Assembly (NCBI GenBank): GCA_038131655.1 | Contig: JAYPPT010000002.1 | Location: 242,762 to 306,761, forward strand | DNA from: Alphaproteobacteria bacterium | Lineage (GTDB): Bacteria; Pseudomonadota; Alphaproteobacteria; SMXQ01 | DNA: 64,000 nt | Direction: 5' to 3' | Shown: piece after piece, positions 10,600 through 21,301 of the stretch | Numbering within the stretch: position 1 is the stretch's first letter | Layout: the number at the start of each line of letters is the position of its first letter | Notes under the pieces: model-generated | Told to the model about the DNA's origin: nothing | Database searches by the model: none | The model's input: only the letters and a program-made list of their open reading frames with translations | Position numbers and translations under genes: made by a program

Positions 10600-13500
10600 A
10601 TGGCCCACGCCGATTTCGTCCATTTGCGCGTGCACAGCGCGTACTCGCTGCTCGAAGGCGCGATCAAGCTGCCCGAGCTGGCGCAGCTCTGCGTTCGCCA
10701 CGAAATGCCCGCCGTGGCGGTGACGGACACGCGCAATCTTTTCGGCGCGCTGGAATTTTCCACCACCATGATGAAGTCCGGCGTGCAGCCGATTATCGGC
10801 TGCGATTTCGCCGTCAGCCACGAAGACGCCGAAGCGACCGATGGCGTTGCCGCCGCGGGCCGGACGCCGGAGCCGGACAAGCTTGTCCTGCTGGTGCAGA
10901 ACGAGACCGGCTACGCCAACCTGATTTCGCTGGTGAGCGAGGCCCATCTCGCGACCGAGGCGGGACGCACGGCGCAGGTGTCGTGGGATCGGCTCAAGGG
11001 ACGGACCGATGGCCTGATTGCGCTGACCGCCGGACCCGACGGTACCGTGGGACGCTTCTTGCTGGAGAACCGCCCGGCCGAGGCGGATGCTGCGCTTGTG
11101 CGCCTCAAGTCGCTGTTTCCGGGGCGGCTATACGTCGAGGTGATGCGCCACGGCGTTGCGGCGGAAGAACAGATCGAGGCGGCGATGATCGATCTCGCCT
11201 ATACCCATGATCTGCCGCTGGTGGCGACCAACGAAGCCTATTTTGCCACCGAGGACCTGTTCGAGGCCCATGACGCGCTGCTCGCCATCGCCGAAGGCGC
11301 CAACGTCGCCGCCACCGACCGTCGCCGCCTGACGCCGGATTATCGTTTTCGCTCGGCTTCGGAAATGAAGGCCCTGTTCGCTGATCTGCCGGAAGCCATC
11401 AGCAATACGCTGGTGATCGCGCGGCGTTGCGCCTATGCCAGCCCCGAACGCAAGCCGATCCTGCCGCCCTTTGCCGCCGATGCCGGCGCCAGCGAGGGCG
11501 ACGTTCTGCGCGAGCAGGCCCGCGCCGGGCTGGAATCTCGTCTTGTAGCTCATGTCCTGAGCAAAGACATGGATGACGCAGCGCGTGAGGCCGCCGCCCG
11601 GCCGTACCGCGAGCGGCTTGATTTCGAGCTGGGCGTGATCGAGGAAATGGGATTCCCCGGCTACTTCCTGATCGTGTCGGACTTCATTCGCTGGGCCAAG
11701 GGCCAGGGCATCCCGGTGGGGCCGGGGCGCGGGTCCGGTGCCGGTTCGGTGGTGGCCTGGTCGTTGCTGATTACCGATCTTGACCCGCTGCGCTTCGGCT
11801 TGCTGTTTGAGCGCTTCCTCAATCCCGAACGTATTTCCATGCCTGACTTCGACGTGGACTTTTGCCAGGACCGCCGCGACGAAGTGATTCGCTACGTTCA
11901 GGATCACTATGGCCGCGACCGTGTTGCGCAGATCATCACCTTCGGCAAGTTGCAGGCGCGTGCGGTGCTGCGCGACGTCGGGCGCGTGCTCGGCATGCCT
12001 TACGGGCAGGTGGATCGCATCTGCAAGTTGGTGCCCAACAACCCGGCCAATCCCGTCAGCCTGGGCGATGCCATCAAGGGCGAGCCGCTGTTGCAGCAAA
12101 TGCGCGCCGAGGACGAGACCGTCGCGAAGCTGATGGATATCGCGCTCAAGCTTGAAGGCCTGTACCGCCATGCCTCGACCCACGCGGCGGGGGTGGTGAT
12201 CGGCGACCGGGCGTTGTCGGAGCTGGTGCCGCTTTACCGCGATCCGCGTTCCGACATGCCGGTGACCCAGTTCAACATGAAATACGTCGAGGCGGCGGGG
12301 CTGGTGAAGTTCGACTTCCTCGGCCTCAAGACGCTGACGGTGCTGGCCAACGCGGTCAAGCTGGTCAACCTCGACCGGGTGGGTAAGGGCGAGGCGCCGA
12401 TCGACCTCGCGACCTTGCCGCTCAATGACGTGGCCAGTTTCGAAATGATGGCCAAGGGCGACACCACCGGCGTGTTCCAGCTTGAAAGTTCGGGCATGCG
12501 CGACGTGCTACGCAACCTGCGGCCCGATACCTTCGAAGACATTATCGCCCTGGTCGCGCTCTACCGTCCGGGCCCGATGGATAACATTCCCCGCTACGTC
12601 GCCTGCAAGCATGGCCGGGAGGAACCGGATTACCTGCATCCGTCGCTGGAAGGCATCCTGAAAGAAACCTTCGGCGTAATGATCTACAAGGAACAGGTGA
12701 TGCAGATCGCCCAGGAGCTGTCGGGCTATTCGCTGGGCAACGCGGATATCCTGCGCCGTGCGATGGGCAAGAAGATCAAGTCCGAAATGGAGGCCGAGCG
12801 CGCCAAGTTCGTGGACGGCGCCGTGGCCCGCGGTGTCGACAAGCGCAAGGCGGGGCACGTCTTCGAGCAGGTGGAAAAATTCGCGGGCTACGGTTTCAAC
12901 AAGTCCCATGCCGCAGCCTACGCACTGATCGCTTACCAGACCGCATGGCTGAAGGCCAATTACCCGGTCGAATTCTTCGCCGCCTCGATGACGCTCGACA
13001 TGGGCAACACCGACAAGCTGAATATCTTCCGCCAGGAATTGCAGCGCCTCGGGATTGCCCTGCTGCCGCCCGACGTCAATGCGTCGGAGGCGGCCTTCAC
13101 GGTAGAGCGTGACGAGGAGGGCACCAAGGCGATCCGCTATGCGCTCGGCGCGGTCAAGGGCGTTGGCGCCGCTGCGATGCAGAGCCTGGCGGCGGAGCGC
13201 GCCGCCAACGGCCCGTTCAAGGACCTGTTCGATTTCGCGCTGCGCTGCGAGCAGAAGGTCATCAACAAGCGCCAGATCGAAAACCTGACCGCCGCGGGCG
13301 CTTTTGACGGGCTTAATCCCAACCGCGCTCAGGTCTTCGGCAATGTCGAGCTGCTGACCCACCGGGCCTCGGCGGCGGCGCAGGAGCGCGCCAGCGGACA
13401 GGCCAGCCTGTTCGGCGGGCTTGGCGACGAGGCGCCGGCGGTCGGGCGCGGCCTTGCCGAGATCGCGCCGTGGTCGGCGATGGAGCGCCTCAACCACGAA

Positions 13501-14106
13501 TTCCAGGCCATTGGATTCTACCTGTCGGCCCATCCGCTGGATGCCTACGGCACCCGGCTCGAACGGTTGCGCGTGGTGTCTTCGGCGGCGCTGATGACCC
13601 AGGTCGCGGCGGGGGCGGAGGCGACGCGGGTCAAGGTCGCCGGCACCGTGATCTCGAAGAAGGAACGCATGTCTGCGCGCGGCAACCGTTTCGCCTTCGT
13701 CCAGATGTCCGATCCCACCGGCCTGTTCGAGGTAACGGTGTTTTCCGAGGTCCTGGGACGCGCCCGCGACATCCTAGAGGCGGGGAGCAACGTGCTGGCC
13801 ACCTGCGAGGCCCGGCGCGAGGGTGAGGGCCTGCGCCTGACCGTGCAGGAGATGCTGTCGTTGGATGATGCCGTGGCCCATGCGGCGCCCGGTCTCAAGG
13901 TCCAGGTGGTTGAGCCGTTGGCCCTGGCGGCCGTGCGCGACATCATCAGGGCCGCCCCCCGTGGCAAGGGCGAGGTCAGCCTGGTGCTGGGTCTGGGGGC
14001 GGGGGAAGAGGTCGAAATCGGCCTGCCGGGCCGTTTTGCGGTCCCGCCCAACGCCATCGAGGACCTGCGCGCCATTCCTGGCGTGGCCGAGGTCCGCGAA
14101 ATCTAG
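10600..14106 (+). CDS. dnaE: DNA polymerase III subunit alpha
   Basis: FVHLRVHSAYSLL PHP start, GPGRGSGAGS, SMPDFDVDF, KFDFLGL, YGFNKSH; start placed at ATG 10600. Confidence 0.97.
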   Translation: MAHADFVHLRVHSAYSLLEGAIKLPELAQLCVRHEMPAVAVTDTRNLFGALEFSTTMMKSGVQPIIGCDFAVSHEDAEATDGVAAAGRTPEPDKLVLLVQNETGYANLISLVSEAHLATEAGRTAQVSWDRLKGRTDGLIALTAGPDGTVGRFLLENRPAEADAALVRLKSLFPGRLYVEVMRHGVAAEEQIEAAMIDLAYTHDLPLVATNEAYFATEDLFEAHDALLAIAEGANVAATDRRRLTPDYRFRSASEMKALFADLPEAISNTLVIARRCAYASPERKPILPPFAADAGASEGDVLREQARAGLESRLVAHVLSKDMDDAAREAAARPYRERLDFELGVIEEMGFPGYFLIVSDFIRWAKGQGIPVGPGRGSGAGSVVAWSLLITDLDPLRFGLLFERFLNPERISMPDFDVDFCQDRRDEVIRYVQDHYGRDRVAQIITFGKLQARAVLRDVGRVLGMPYGQVDRICKLVPNNPANPVSLGDAIKGEPLLQQMRAEDETVAKLMDIALKLEGLYRHASTHAAGVVIGDRALSELVPLYRDPRSDMPVTQFNMKYVEAAGLVKFDFLGLKTLTVLANAVKLVNLDRVGKGEAPIDLATLPLNDVASFEMMAKGDTTGVFQLESSGMRDVLRNLRPDTFEDIIALVALYRPGPMDNIPRYVACKHGREEPDYLHPSLEGILKETFGVMIYKEQVMQIAQELSGYSLGNADILRRAMGKKIKSEMEAERAKFVDGAVARGVDKRKAGHVFEQVEKFAGYGFNKSHAAAYALIAYQTAWLKANYPVEFFAASMTLDMGNTDKLNIFRQELQRLGIALLPPDVNASEAAFTVERDEEGTKAIRYALGAVKGVGAAAMQSLAAERAANGPFKDLFDFALRCEQKVINKRQIENLTAAGAFDGLNPNRAQVFGNVELLTHRASAAAQERASGQASLFGGLGDEAPAVGRGLAEIAPWSAMERLNHEFQAIGFYLSAHPLDAYGTRLERLRVVSSAALMTQVAAGAEATRVKVAGTVISKKERMSARGNRFAFVQMSDPTGLFEVTVFSEVLGRARDILEAGSNVLATCEARREGEGLRLTVQEMLSLDDAVAHAAPGLKVQVVEPLALAAVRDIIRAAPRGKGEVSLVLGLGAGEEVEIGLPGRFAVPPNAIEDLRAIPGVAEVREI

Positions 14107-14147
14107 GCCCCGGGGTGCCCAAAAGGCCCGATTTTCCCGGTTTTACC

Positions 14148-14176
14148 TTGCAAACCAGCGCTTTCGAGGGTATCTA
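14148..14176 (+). promoter_or_regulatory. Putative sigma70 promoter of rpsB-tsf
   Basis: TTGCAA-N17-TATCTA just upstream of the rpsB leader. Confidence 0.55.
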
Positions 14177-14187
14177 GGCGCCCGTAA

Positions 14188-14275
14188 ATTCGCACACGGG
14201 GACGCGGCGGGAATGTTTCTGTCGCTCCGGTGCCGGGTGATCCGGTCACAACCCCGTGGACGCACAACCGGAGAA
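14188..14275 (+). ncRNA. rpsB 5' leader (t44 / S2 autoregulatory element-like)
   Basis: CACGGGG near 14195 can pair with CCCCGTG near 14252; internal CCGGT is complementary to ACCGG just before the RBS; position matches known S2 leaders. Confidence 0.6.
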
Positions 14276-14279
14276 GCAC

Positions 14280-15091
14280 ATGGCTATCCCTACCTTTACA
14301 ATGCGCCAGCTGCTCGAAGCTGGCGTTCACTTCGGACATCGCGCGGGCCGCTGGAATCCGCGCATGAGCCCCTACATTTTCGGTGAGCGCAACGGCGTTC
14401 ACATTCTCGATTTGCAGCAGACGGTGCCGATGCTCTACGCGGCCCTGCAGTCCGTGCGCGACGTGGTCGCCGGTGGCGGGAAGGTGCTGTTCGTCGCGAC
14501 CAAGCGTCAGGCGGCGGGCAAGGTCGCCGAAGCGGCGGCGCGTTGCGGCCAGTACTACGTCAATCACCGCTGGCTCGGCGGCATGATGACCAACTGGAAT
14601 ACGGTCACCGCGTCGGTGCGCCGTCTCAAGACCCTCGAGGAGCGTCTTTCCGGTGATGGCGCTCAGGGCCTGACCAAGAAAGAGCAGCTTCAGCTGACGC
14701 GCGAGCGCGACAAGCTTGAGCGCGCCCTTGGCGGCATCAGGAAATGGGCGGCCTGCCGGACATGCTGTTCATCATCGACACCAACAAGGAAGACATCGCC
14801 GTGGCCGAAGCCCGTAAGCTCGGCATTCCGGTCGCCGCGGTGCTCGACAGTAATTCCGACCCCGAAGGCATCAAGTTCCCGATCCCGGGCAATGACGACG
14901 CCATCCGCGCCATCAACCTGTATTGCGACCTGGTCGCCGATGCGGTTTTGGACGGCATTCAGGAGGAACTGGTTTCCCACGGCATCGACATCGGTGCGGC
15001 GGAAGAAACCCCGCTTGAAGACCTGGCCGTGGCCGAGGCCGTCGAAGCGGCGGCCGAGATGCCGGCTGCGGACGAGCCGTCCGCTTCCTGA
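14280..15091 (+). CDS. rpsB: 30S ribosomal protein S2 (frameshift near 14740, probably a sequence error)
   Basis: [10 protein letters not shown]...RWLGGMMTN in one frame, MGGLPD...[10 protein letters not shown] in another; one extra G restores GGIREMGGLPD. Confidence 0.95.
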
Positions 15092-15139
15092 GCTAATATT
15101 CAACGGGTTGCATAAAGATACTGAGGTAAGGACGAAACT

Positions 15140-16063
15140 ATGGCTGAGGTAACAGCAGCGCTGGTCAAGGAACTTCGTGAGAAGTCCGGCGCCGGCATGA
15201 TGGATTGCAAGAAGGCCCTGACCGAATCCGGTGGCGACATCGAGGCGGCGGTGGACTGGCTGCGCAAGAAGGGTCTTGCCGCCGCGTCGAAGAAGGCGGG
15301 GCGCGTTGCCGCTGAAGGACTGGTGGCGGTTGCCGGTGAAGGCACCAGCGCCGTCGTCGTCGAGGTCAATTCCGAAACCGATTTCGTTGCCCGTAACGGC
15401 GATTTCCAGAAGTTCGTCGCCGGTGTCGCCGATGCGGCGCTGGCGGTGAAGGGGGATCATGATTCCCTTTTGGCGGCGATGCCGGGTGGCGGCAAGACCG
15501 TGGCCGATCAGATCACCGATATGATCGCGACCATCGGGGAAAACCTCAACCTGCGCCGTTCCGCCGGCCTGTCCGTCGGGTCGGGCGTGGTGGCGAGCTA
15601 TGTCCACGCCGCGGTGGCGCCGGGCCTTGGACGTATCGGCGTTCTGGTGGCACTGGAATCGACCGGCGATGCGGCCAAACTGGAAGCTCTGGGCAAGCAG
15701 CTGGCCATGCATGTGGCGGCGACGAATCCGCAGTCGGTTGACGTCGCCAACCTCGATCCCACCGCGATCGAGCGCGAACGTTCGGTATTGAGCGAGCAGG
15801 CCCGCGCATCGGGCAAGCCCGAAGACATCATCGCCAAGATGGTCGAAGGCCGTTTGCGCAAGTTCTACGAAGAAGTCGTGCTGACCGAGCAGGTCTTCGT
15901 GGTGGATGGCGAGACCCGGGTGGGCAAGGTGATCGAAGCCGCGGCCAAGGATGCGGGCGCGCCGATCAAGCTTGTGGGTTTTGTGCGTTTCGGCCTGGGT
16001 GAGGGCATCGAGCGCGAAGAAAAGGACTTTGCATCGGAAGTTGCGGCGCAACTCGGCGGTTGA
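15140..16063 (+). CDS. tsf: Elongation factor Ts
   Basis: [38 protein letters not shown]. Confidence 0.98.
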   Translation: MAEVTAALVKELREKSGAGMMDCKKALTESGGDIEAAVDWLRKKGLAAASKKAGRVAAEGLVAVAGEGTSAVVVEVNSETDFVARNGDFQKFVAGVADAALAVKGDHDSLLAAMPGGGKTVADQITDMIATIGENLNLRRSAGLSVGSGVVASYVHAAVAPGLGRIGVLVALESTGDAAKLEALGKQLAMHVAATNPQSVDVANLDPTAIERERSVLSEQARASGKPEDIIAKMVEGRLRKFYEEVVLTEQVFVVDGETRVGKVIEAAAKDAGAPIKLVGFVRFGLGEGIEREEKDFASEVAAQLGG

Positions 16064-16089
16064 GGCCGGACGCGCCCGGAAAGGGTAAC

Positions 16090-16811
16090 ATGGCGGCGGA
16101 TGGCCCCTATCGGCGGGTGCTCCTGAAACTGTCGGGCGAGGCCCTCATGGGCGCGCGCGAGTTCGGGCTGGAAGCCGATACCCTCAAGCGTCTGGCGGAA
16201 GAAATCCGCGCCGTGGTCGATCCGGCGTGCAGCTTGGCCTGGTCGTCGGCGGCGGCAATATCTTTCGCGGTGTCGGCGGCGCTTCCCACGGTATCGAACG
16301 CGCCCAGGCCGATTTCATGGGCATGCTGGCCACCGTGATGAACGCCATCGCCTTGCAAGGCGTTCTGGAGCGGGCAGGCGTGCCTACCCGCGTGCTTTCC
16401 GCCATTGCCATGCAGCAGGTTTGCGAACCCTATATCCGTCGCCGTGCCGTGCACCACATGGAAAAGGGCAACGTCGTCATCTGCGCGGCGGGCACGGGCA
16501 ATCCGTTCTTCACCACCGACACGGCTGCGGCATTGCGCGCTGCCGAGCTGGGTTGCGATGCGCTTCTCAAGGGCACCCAGGTGGATGGCGTCTATTCCGC
16601 CGACCCCAAGAAAGACGCCGCCGCGACCCGTTACGACAAGCTCACCTACCACGAGGTGCTGAGCCGCGATCTTCAGGTCATGGATGCCTCGGCCATTGCG
16701 CTTTCGCGCGAAAACGGCATCCCCATCCTGGTGTTTTCCGTGCATGAATCCGGCGCGCTTCGCGACGTGGTGCGCGGCAAGGGCAAGTTCACTATCATTT
16801 CGGACGGCTGA
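16090..16811 (+). CDS. pyrH: UMP kinase (frameshift near 16222, probably a sequence error)
   Basis: [11 protein letters not shown] then, in another frame, [29 protein letters not shown]. Confidence 0.95.
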
Positions 16812-16829
16812 CCGCCGAGGAGGCAAGCG

Positions 16830-17387
16830 ATGGCAGATCCCAACATCAAGGCGCTGGAATCGCGGATGCAGGGCGCGATCAACGTGCTCAGCGAGGAAAT
16901 GGCGGGACTGAGGACGGGACGCGCCTCGACCAGTCTGCTCGACCGCGTGGTGGTCAACGCTTACGGTTCGGAAATGCCGCTCGCCCAAGTGGCGACGGTC
17001 AGCGTGCCGGAGGCGCGGCTGCTTTCGGTCAGCGTCTGGGACCGGGGCAATGTTTCGGCGGTGGAGAAGGCCATCCGGGAATCAGGTCTTGGGCTTAACC
17101 CGGCCAGCGACGGCCAGACCATCCGCGTGCCGGTGCCGGAACTGTCGGCCGAGCGCCGCGAGGAACTGGCCAAGGTCGCGCACCGCTACGCGGAACAGGC
17201 GCGAGTTTCGGTTCGCAACGTGCGGCGTGACGGCATGGACCAGCTCAAGAAGCTGGAAAAGGATGGCGATATCTCCCAAGATGAGCAGCGCGCCTGGGGA
17301 GACGAGGTTCAGAAAATGACCGATCGCATGATCAACTCCATTGATGACCTTCTGGCCGAGAAGGATCAGGAAATCAGGCAGATCTGA
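16830..17387 (+). CDS. frr: Ribosome recycling factor
   Basis: LRTGRAS, VEKAIRESGLGLNP, ARVSVRNVRRD. Confidence 0.97.
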   Translation: MADPNIKALESRMQGAINVLSEEMAGLRTGRASTSLLDRVVVNAYGSEMPLAQVATVSVPEARLLSVSVWDRGNVSAVEKAIRESGLGLNPASDGQTIRVPVPELSAERREELAKVAHRYAEQARVSVRNVRRDGMDQLKKLEKDGDISQDEQRAWGDEVQKMTDRMINSIDDLLAEKDQEIRQI

Positions 17388-17391
17388 CACC

Positions 17392-18120
17392 ATGGAACCG
17401 ACGGCAGACGGCCAGCGCGGTGTTCCCGTCCATGTTGCCATCATCATGGATGGCAACGGGCGTTGGGCCGCGAGCCGGGGCCTGCCGCGGACGGCGGGCC
17501 ACCGACAGGGGGCCGAAGCCGTGCGCCGTGCGGTCGAAGCGTCGGGCGAGCTCGGCATCCAGTACCTGACTCTGTTCGGCTTTTCGTCGGAAAACTGGAA
17601 GCGGCCCGAAACCGAAGTGCGCGATCTCATGGGGCTGCTTGAGCGCTACCTGCGCAGCGAGATCGCGGACCTGCACAAGAACAACATCCGCTTGCGGATC
17701 ATCGGCGACCGCACGGCCTTTGCCAAAGACATACGTGCGTTGATGGACGAGGGCGAGGCGCTGACCCGCGCCAACAACCGTCTCAACCTGACGCTGGCGC
17801 TCAACTACGGCGGGCGGGCCGATATCGTGACGGCAGCCCAGCGCGCGGCGGAGGAAGTCCGTCTTGGGCGTCTGGCGCCCACGGATATCACCGAGGAACG
17901 TTTCGCCGGCTGGCTCAGCACCGAGGGAATGCCGGATCCCGATCTTCTGATTCGCACCTCCGGTGAGCTGCGGATTTCCAATTTCCTGCTTTGGCAGACG
18001 GCCTATTCGGAATTTGTTTTCGTCGATTGCCTGTGGCCGGACTTTTCGCGCAGCGAGCTGGAAATGGCGGTGACCGAGTTTGCCCAGCGTGAACGTCGTT
18101 ACGGCGCGTCGAGTGTCTGA
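17392..18120 (+). CDS. uppS: Undecaprenyl diphosphate synthase
   Basis: HVAIIMDGNGRWA, FSSENWKRP, IRTSGELRISNFLLWQ. Confidence 0.97.
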   Translation: MEPTADGQRGVPVHVAIIMDGNGRWAASRGLPRTAGHRQGAEAVRRAVEASGELGIQYLTLFGFSSENWKRPETEVRDLMGLLERYLRSEIADLHKNNIRLRIIGDRTAFAKDIRALMDEGEALTRANNRLNLTLALNYGGRADIVTAAQRAAEEVRLGRLAPTDITEERFAGWLSTEGMPDPDLLIRTSGELRISNFLLWQTAYSEFVFVDCLWPDFSRSELEMAVTEFAQRERRYGASSV

Positions 18121-18946
18121 TAACCGTTTCGCCGGTTTCGCGTTGCGCCTGATTTCGGGGTTGGTGCTGGCTGCCCTGGCGCTGGGTGCGGTCCACGCCG
18201 GGGGGATCTGGTTTCTGGGCCTGGTCGGTCTCGGTATTCTCCTGATGGCGGTGGAATGGCCGACGCTTTGTCTTGCGGGCGCGGGTCGCGAACCCCTGTG
18301 GCGGTCGCGGCCGCCCTTTGCCGCCGTCCTGTTTGTCGCCCTGGTGATCGGTGCCGCCGGTTTCATTGCTCTTGGGCGCTATCGCGCCGCCGTCTTCGCG
18401 GCCGGACTGGGGGCGCTGATGGTGGCCTTTAGCGCGCGCGGTAGGCGCATGGACCGATTGCTGCTCGGGGCGGGGGTGCCTTACATCATCGTGCCCAGCG
18501 CGGCGCTGGTCTGGCTTTCCGGTCTTGCCGGCGGTGCCTGGATTCTGACATGGCTGTTTGCCGTGGTATGGGCCACCGATATCGGCGGTTACGCGGTGGG
18601 TAAGAGCCTGGGCGGGCCCAAACTGGCGCCTGCCATCAGTCCCGGCAAAACCTGGGCGGGATTTTTCGGCGGCACCTTGCTGGCGGCGGCAGTAGCGGCA
18701 GCGTTTGCGCCGCTGGCGCAGGATCCCTTGCGGCTGGCCGCGCTGGGTGTCGGGGTAAGCGTGGCCTCGCAACTGGGCGACTTGCTGGAATCGGCGGTTA
18801 AACGCCGGTTTGAGGTCAAGGATTCAGGTTGTATCATACCCGGCCACGGCGGCGTGTTTGACCGCCTCGACGGCCTGCTGGTGGCGGCGGTTCTTGTTGC
18901 CGCTGTCCTAGTGGTGGCTGGAGACAAGGATTTTCTATGGCGATAA
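18113..18946 (+). CDS. cdsA: Phosphatidate cytidylyltransferase
   Basis: ISPGKTWAG, GDLLESAVKR..VKDSG..IPGHGGVFDRLD; start codon uncertain. Confidence 0.93.
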   Translation: MSDNRFAGFALRLISGLVLAALALGAVHAGGIWFLGLVGLGILLMAVEWPTLCLAGAGREPLWRSRPPFAAVLFVALVIGAAGFIALGRYRAAVFAAGLGALMVAFSARGRRMDRLLLGAGVPYIIVPSAALVWLSGLAGGAWILTWLFAVVWATDIGGYAVGKSLGGPKLAPAISPGKTWAGFFGGTLLAAAVAAAFAPLAQDPLRLAALGVGVSVASQLGDLLESAVKRRFEVKDSGCIIPGHGGVFDRLDGLLVAAVLVAAVLVVAGDKDFLWR

Positions 18947-20133
18947 CCCTGGAGCGGCCAAGCGCGCATCGGCGCCGCGTCAGTATTCTGGGTTCGACGG
19001 GATCAGTCGGCTGCAACACGGTGGATTTGTTGCGCCGCGACCCCGATGCCTATGAGGTCATTGCCCTGACGGCGCGCTCCAACGTGACGTTGCTGGCGGC
19101 GCAGGCGCGGGAATTGCGTCCGCGTCTGGTGGTGATCGCCGACGAAACCCAATACGACGCGCTCAAGGCTGCCCTGGCGGGCACCAATATCGCCGTTGCC
19201 GCGGGCGAGGCGGCGCTGGAAGAAGCGGCGGCTATGGACGCGGACTGGGTCATGGCGGCGATCGTCGGCGCGGCGGGGCTGAAACCGACGCTGGCGGCGG
19301 CGGCGCGGGGCGCCACGGTGGCGCTCGCCAACAAGGAAACCCTGGTTTGCGCCGGCGACATCGTCATGGGTGAACTGCGCCGGTCCGGCGGCACCCTGGT
19401 GCCGGTGGATTCGGAACACAGCGCCATTTTCCAGAGTTTCGATTTCGAGCACGTCGACGCGATCGAGCGCATCATCCTGACCGCATCGGGGGGACCGTTC
19501 CTCGATATGGACATGGCCCGGATGAAGGATGTGACCCCGGCCCAGGCCGTGGCCCATCCCAACTGGGACATGGGGGCGAAGATTTCCGTCGATTCGGCGC
19601 CCATGATGAACAAGGGGCTGGAGGTGATCGAGGCCAGCCACCTGTTCCCAATTCCAGAGGACCGGATCGAGGTCATCATCCACCCGCAGTCGGTGGTCCA
19701 TTCGATGGTCGGCTACAGCGACGGTTCGGTCCTGGCGCAGATGGGAACCCCGGATATGCGCACCCCCATCGCCTACGCCCTGGCGTGGCCCGACAGGCAG
19801 GCGTCTCCGGCGGCCCGCCTTGACCTTGCGGCGGTCGGGCAATTGACCTTCAAGGCCCCGGATTCCGTGCGTTTTCCGGCCCTGGACCTGGCAAGAGAAG
19901 CCTTGAAAACCGGCGGGGCGGCCCCTACAGTCCTGAACGCTGCCAACGAGGTTGCCGTGGCCGGGTTCCTCAACGGTGAGATTGGTTTTCTCGATATCGT
20001 TGCCGTGGTCGCGGCGGGGCTCGAGGCGGCGCCGAGCGGCCCCGTGGCTACCGTCGACGACGTCTTCGCCGTGGACCGTGAGGCGCGGGTGTCGGCTCGG
20101 GAACGGATGGCGCAATTCGCGCTCCGCCGATAG
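18937..20133 (+). CDS. dxr: 1-deoxy-D-xylulose-5-phosphate reductoisomerase
   Basis: LGSTGSVG, LANKE, PVDSEHSA, TASGGPF, HPNW.MG.KIS. Confidence 0.97.
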   Translation: MAITLERPSAHRRRVSILGSTGSVGCNTVDLLRRDPDAYEVIALTARSNVTLLAAQARELRPRLVVIADETQYDALKAALAGTNIAVAAGEAALEEAAAMDADWVMAAIVGAAGLKPTLAAAARGATVALANKETLVCAGDIVMGELRRSGGTLVPVDSEHSAIFQSFDFEHVDAIERIILTASGGPFLDMDMARMKDVTPAQAVAHPNWDMGAKISVDSAPMMNKGLEVIEASHLFPIPEDRIEVIIHPQSVVHSMVGYSDGSVLAQMGTPDMRTPIAYALAWPDRQASPAARLDLAAVGQLTFKAPDSVRFPALDLAREALKTGGAAPTVLNAANEVAVAGFLNGEIGFLDIVAVVAAGLEAAPSGPVATVDDVFAVDREARVSARERMAQFALRR

Positions 20134-20166
20134 CGGCGCGAACAGTTTGAATGGCTTAGGATTAGG

Positions 20167-21301
20167 ATGCAAATTCTCGATCTGCTCTGGACCAACGGCG
20201 CCGCGTTTATCTTCATTCTCACGGTTATCGTTTTCTTTCACGAACTCGGCCATTACTGGATCGCGCGCCGCAATGGCGTGCGGGTGGACGTGTTCTCCAT
20301 CGGTTTCGGCCCTGAACTGTTCGGCTGGACGGCGCGCAGCGGGACCCGCTGGAAGGTCAGCCTCTTGCCGCTCGGCGGCTACGTCAAGATGTTCGGCGAA
20401 GGGGCGACGACTGGCAGCGCGCGAAGACGAGCGCGAGCTGACAGCGGAAGAAAAGAGCGTTTCCTTCCACCACAAGCGCGTCGGCCAGCGCGCCGCCGTG
20501 GTGGTCGCGGGACCGGTCGCCAATTTCGTGCTGGCGATCCTTGTGTTCGCGGCCCTTTTCACCATTTCCGGCCAGCCCTTCACCCCGGCGGAAGTCGGCG
20601 CCGTGCAGGCGAACAGCGCCGCCGCCGAAGCGGGGTTTCAGCCGGGCGACCGGATTGTTTCCATTGACGGCACATCGGTGGAACGGTTCGAGCAGGTGCA
20701 GCGTATCGTCCGCATGGCTCCCGGCATGCCTTTGAACGTGACCGTCCGTCGCGCCGGGAAGGAAGTGACGCTGAAGGTCGTGCCGCGCCGGACCGAGATG
20801 GTGGACCGTTTCGGCAACCGTTCGGCGGTGGGCCTACTCGGCGTCAGCCGTTCGGGTACCGAAATCAAGAAACACAACCCGGCGACGGCCGTGGTGGCGG
20901 CGGTTACCGAAACCTGGCGATTGAGCCTTTATACCTTGCAGGCGGTGGGGCAGATCGTGCGCGGCGCGCGCTCGGCGGATGATCTCGGCGGGCCGATCCG
21001 GATCGCCCAGATGGCGGGACAGGTGGCGGAACTGGGGTTGACCAGCGTGTTCTGGTTTCTTGCGGTGCTGTCGGTGAACCTGGGCCTGATCAACCTGTTT
21101 CCCGTGCCTATGCTCGATGGCGGCCACCTGATGTTTTACAGCGTCGAGGCGGTTCGTGGCCGGCCCATCGGCGAACTCGCCATGGAGATCGGTTTTCGTA
21201 TCGGTCTCGGCCTGGTGATCGCGCTGTTTGTCTTTGTCACCGTGCAGGACCTGTCGCGCTTTGAGGCGATCTCCAGCTTCTTCAAGGGGCTGATTGGATG
21301 A
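20167..21301 (+). CDS. rseP: RIP metalloprotease RseP (frameshift near 20420)
   Basis: HELGH in first frame; AGPVAN, PDZ domain and [11 protein letters not shown] in second frame. Confidence 0.93.

Noticed and set aside
12685-12696. dnaE YKEQ instead of YQEQ (also pyrG NVNPG instead of NVDPG)
   Set aside because: Single-base differences in an error-prone assembly; cannot be interpreted without reads.
14731-14760. Programmed frameshift in rpsB or the other split genes
   Set aside because: No shared slippery sequence or stimulatory structure; small indels restore the canonical proteins.
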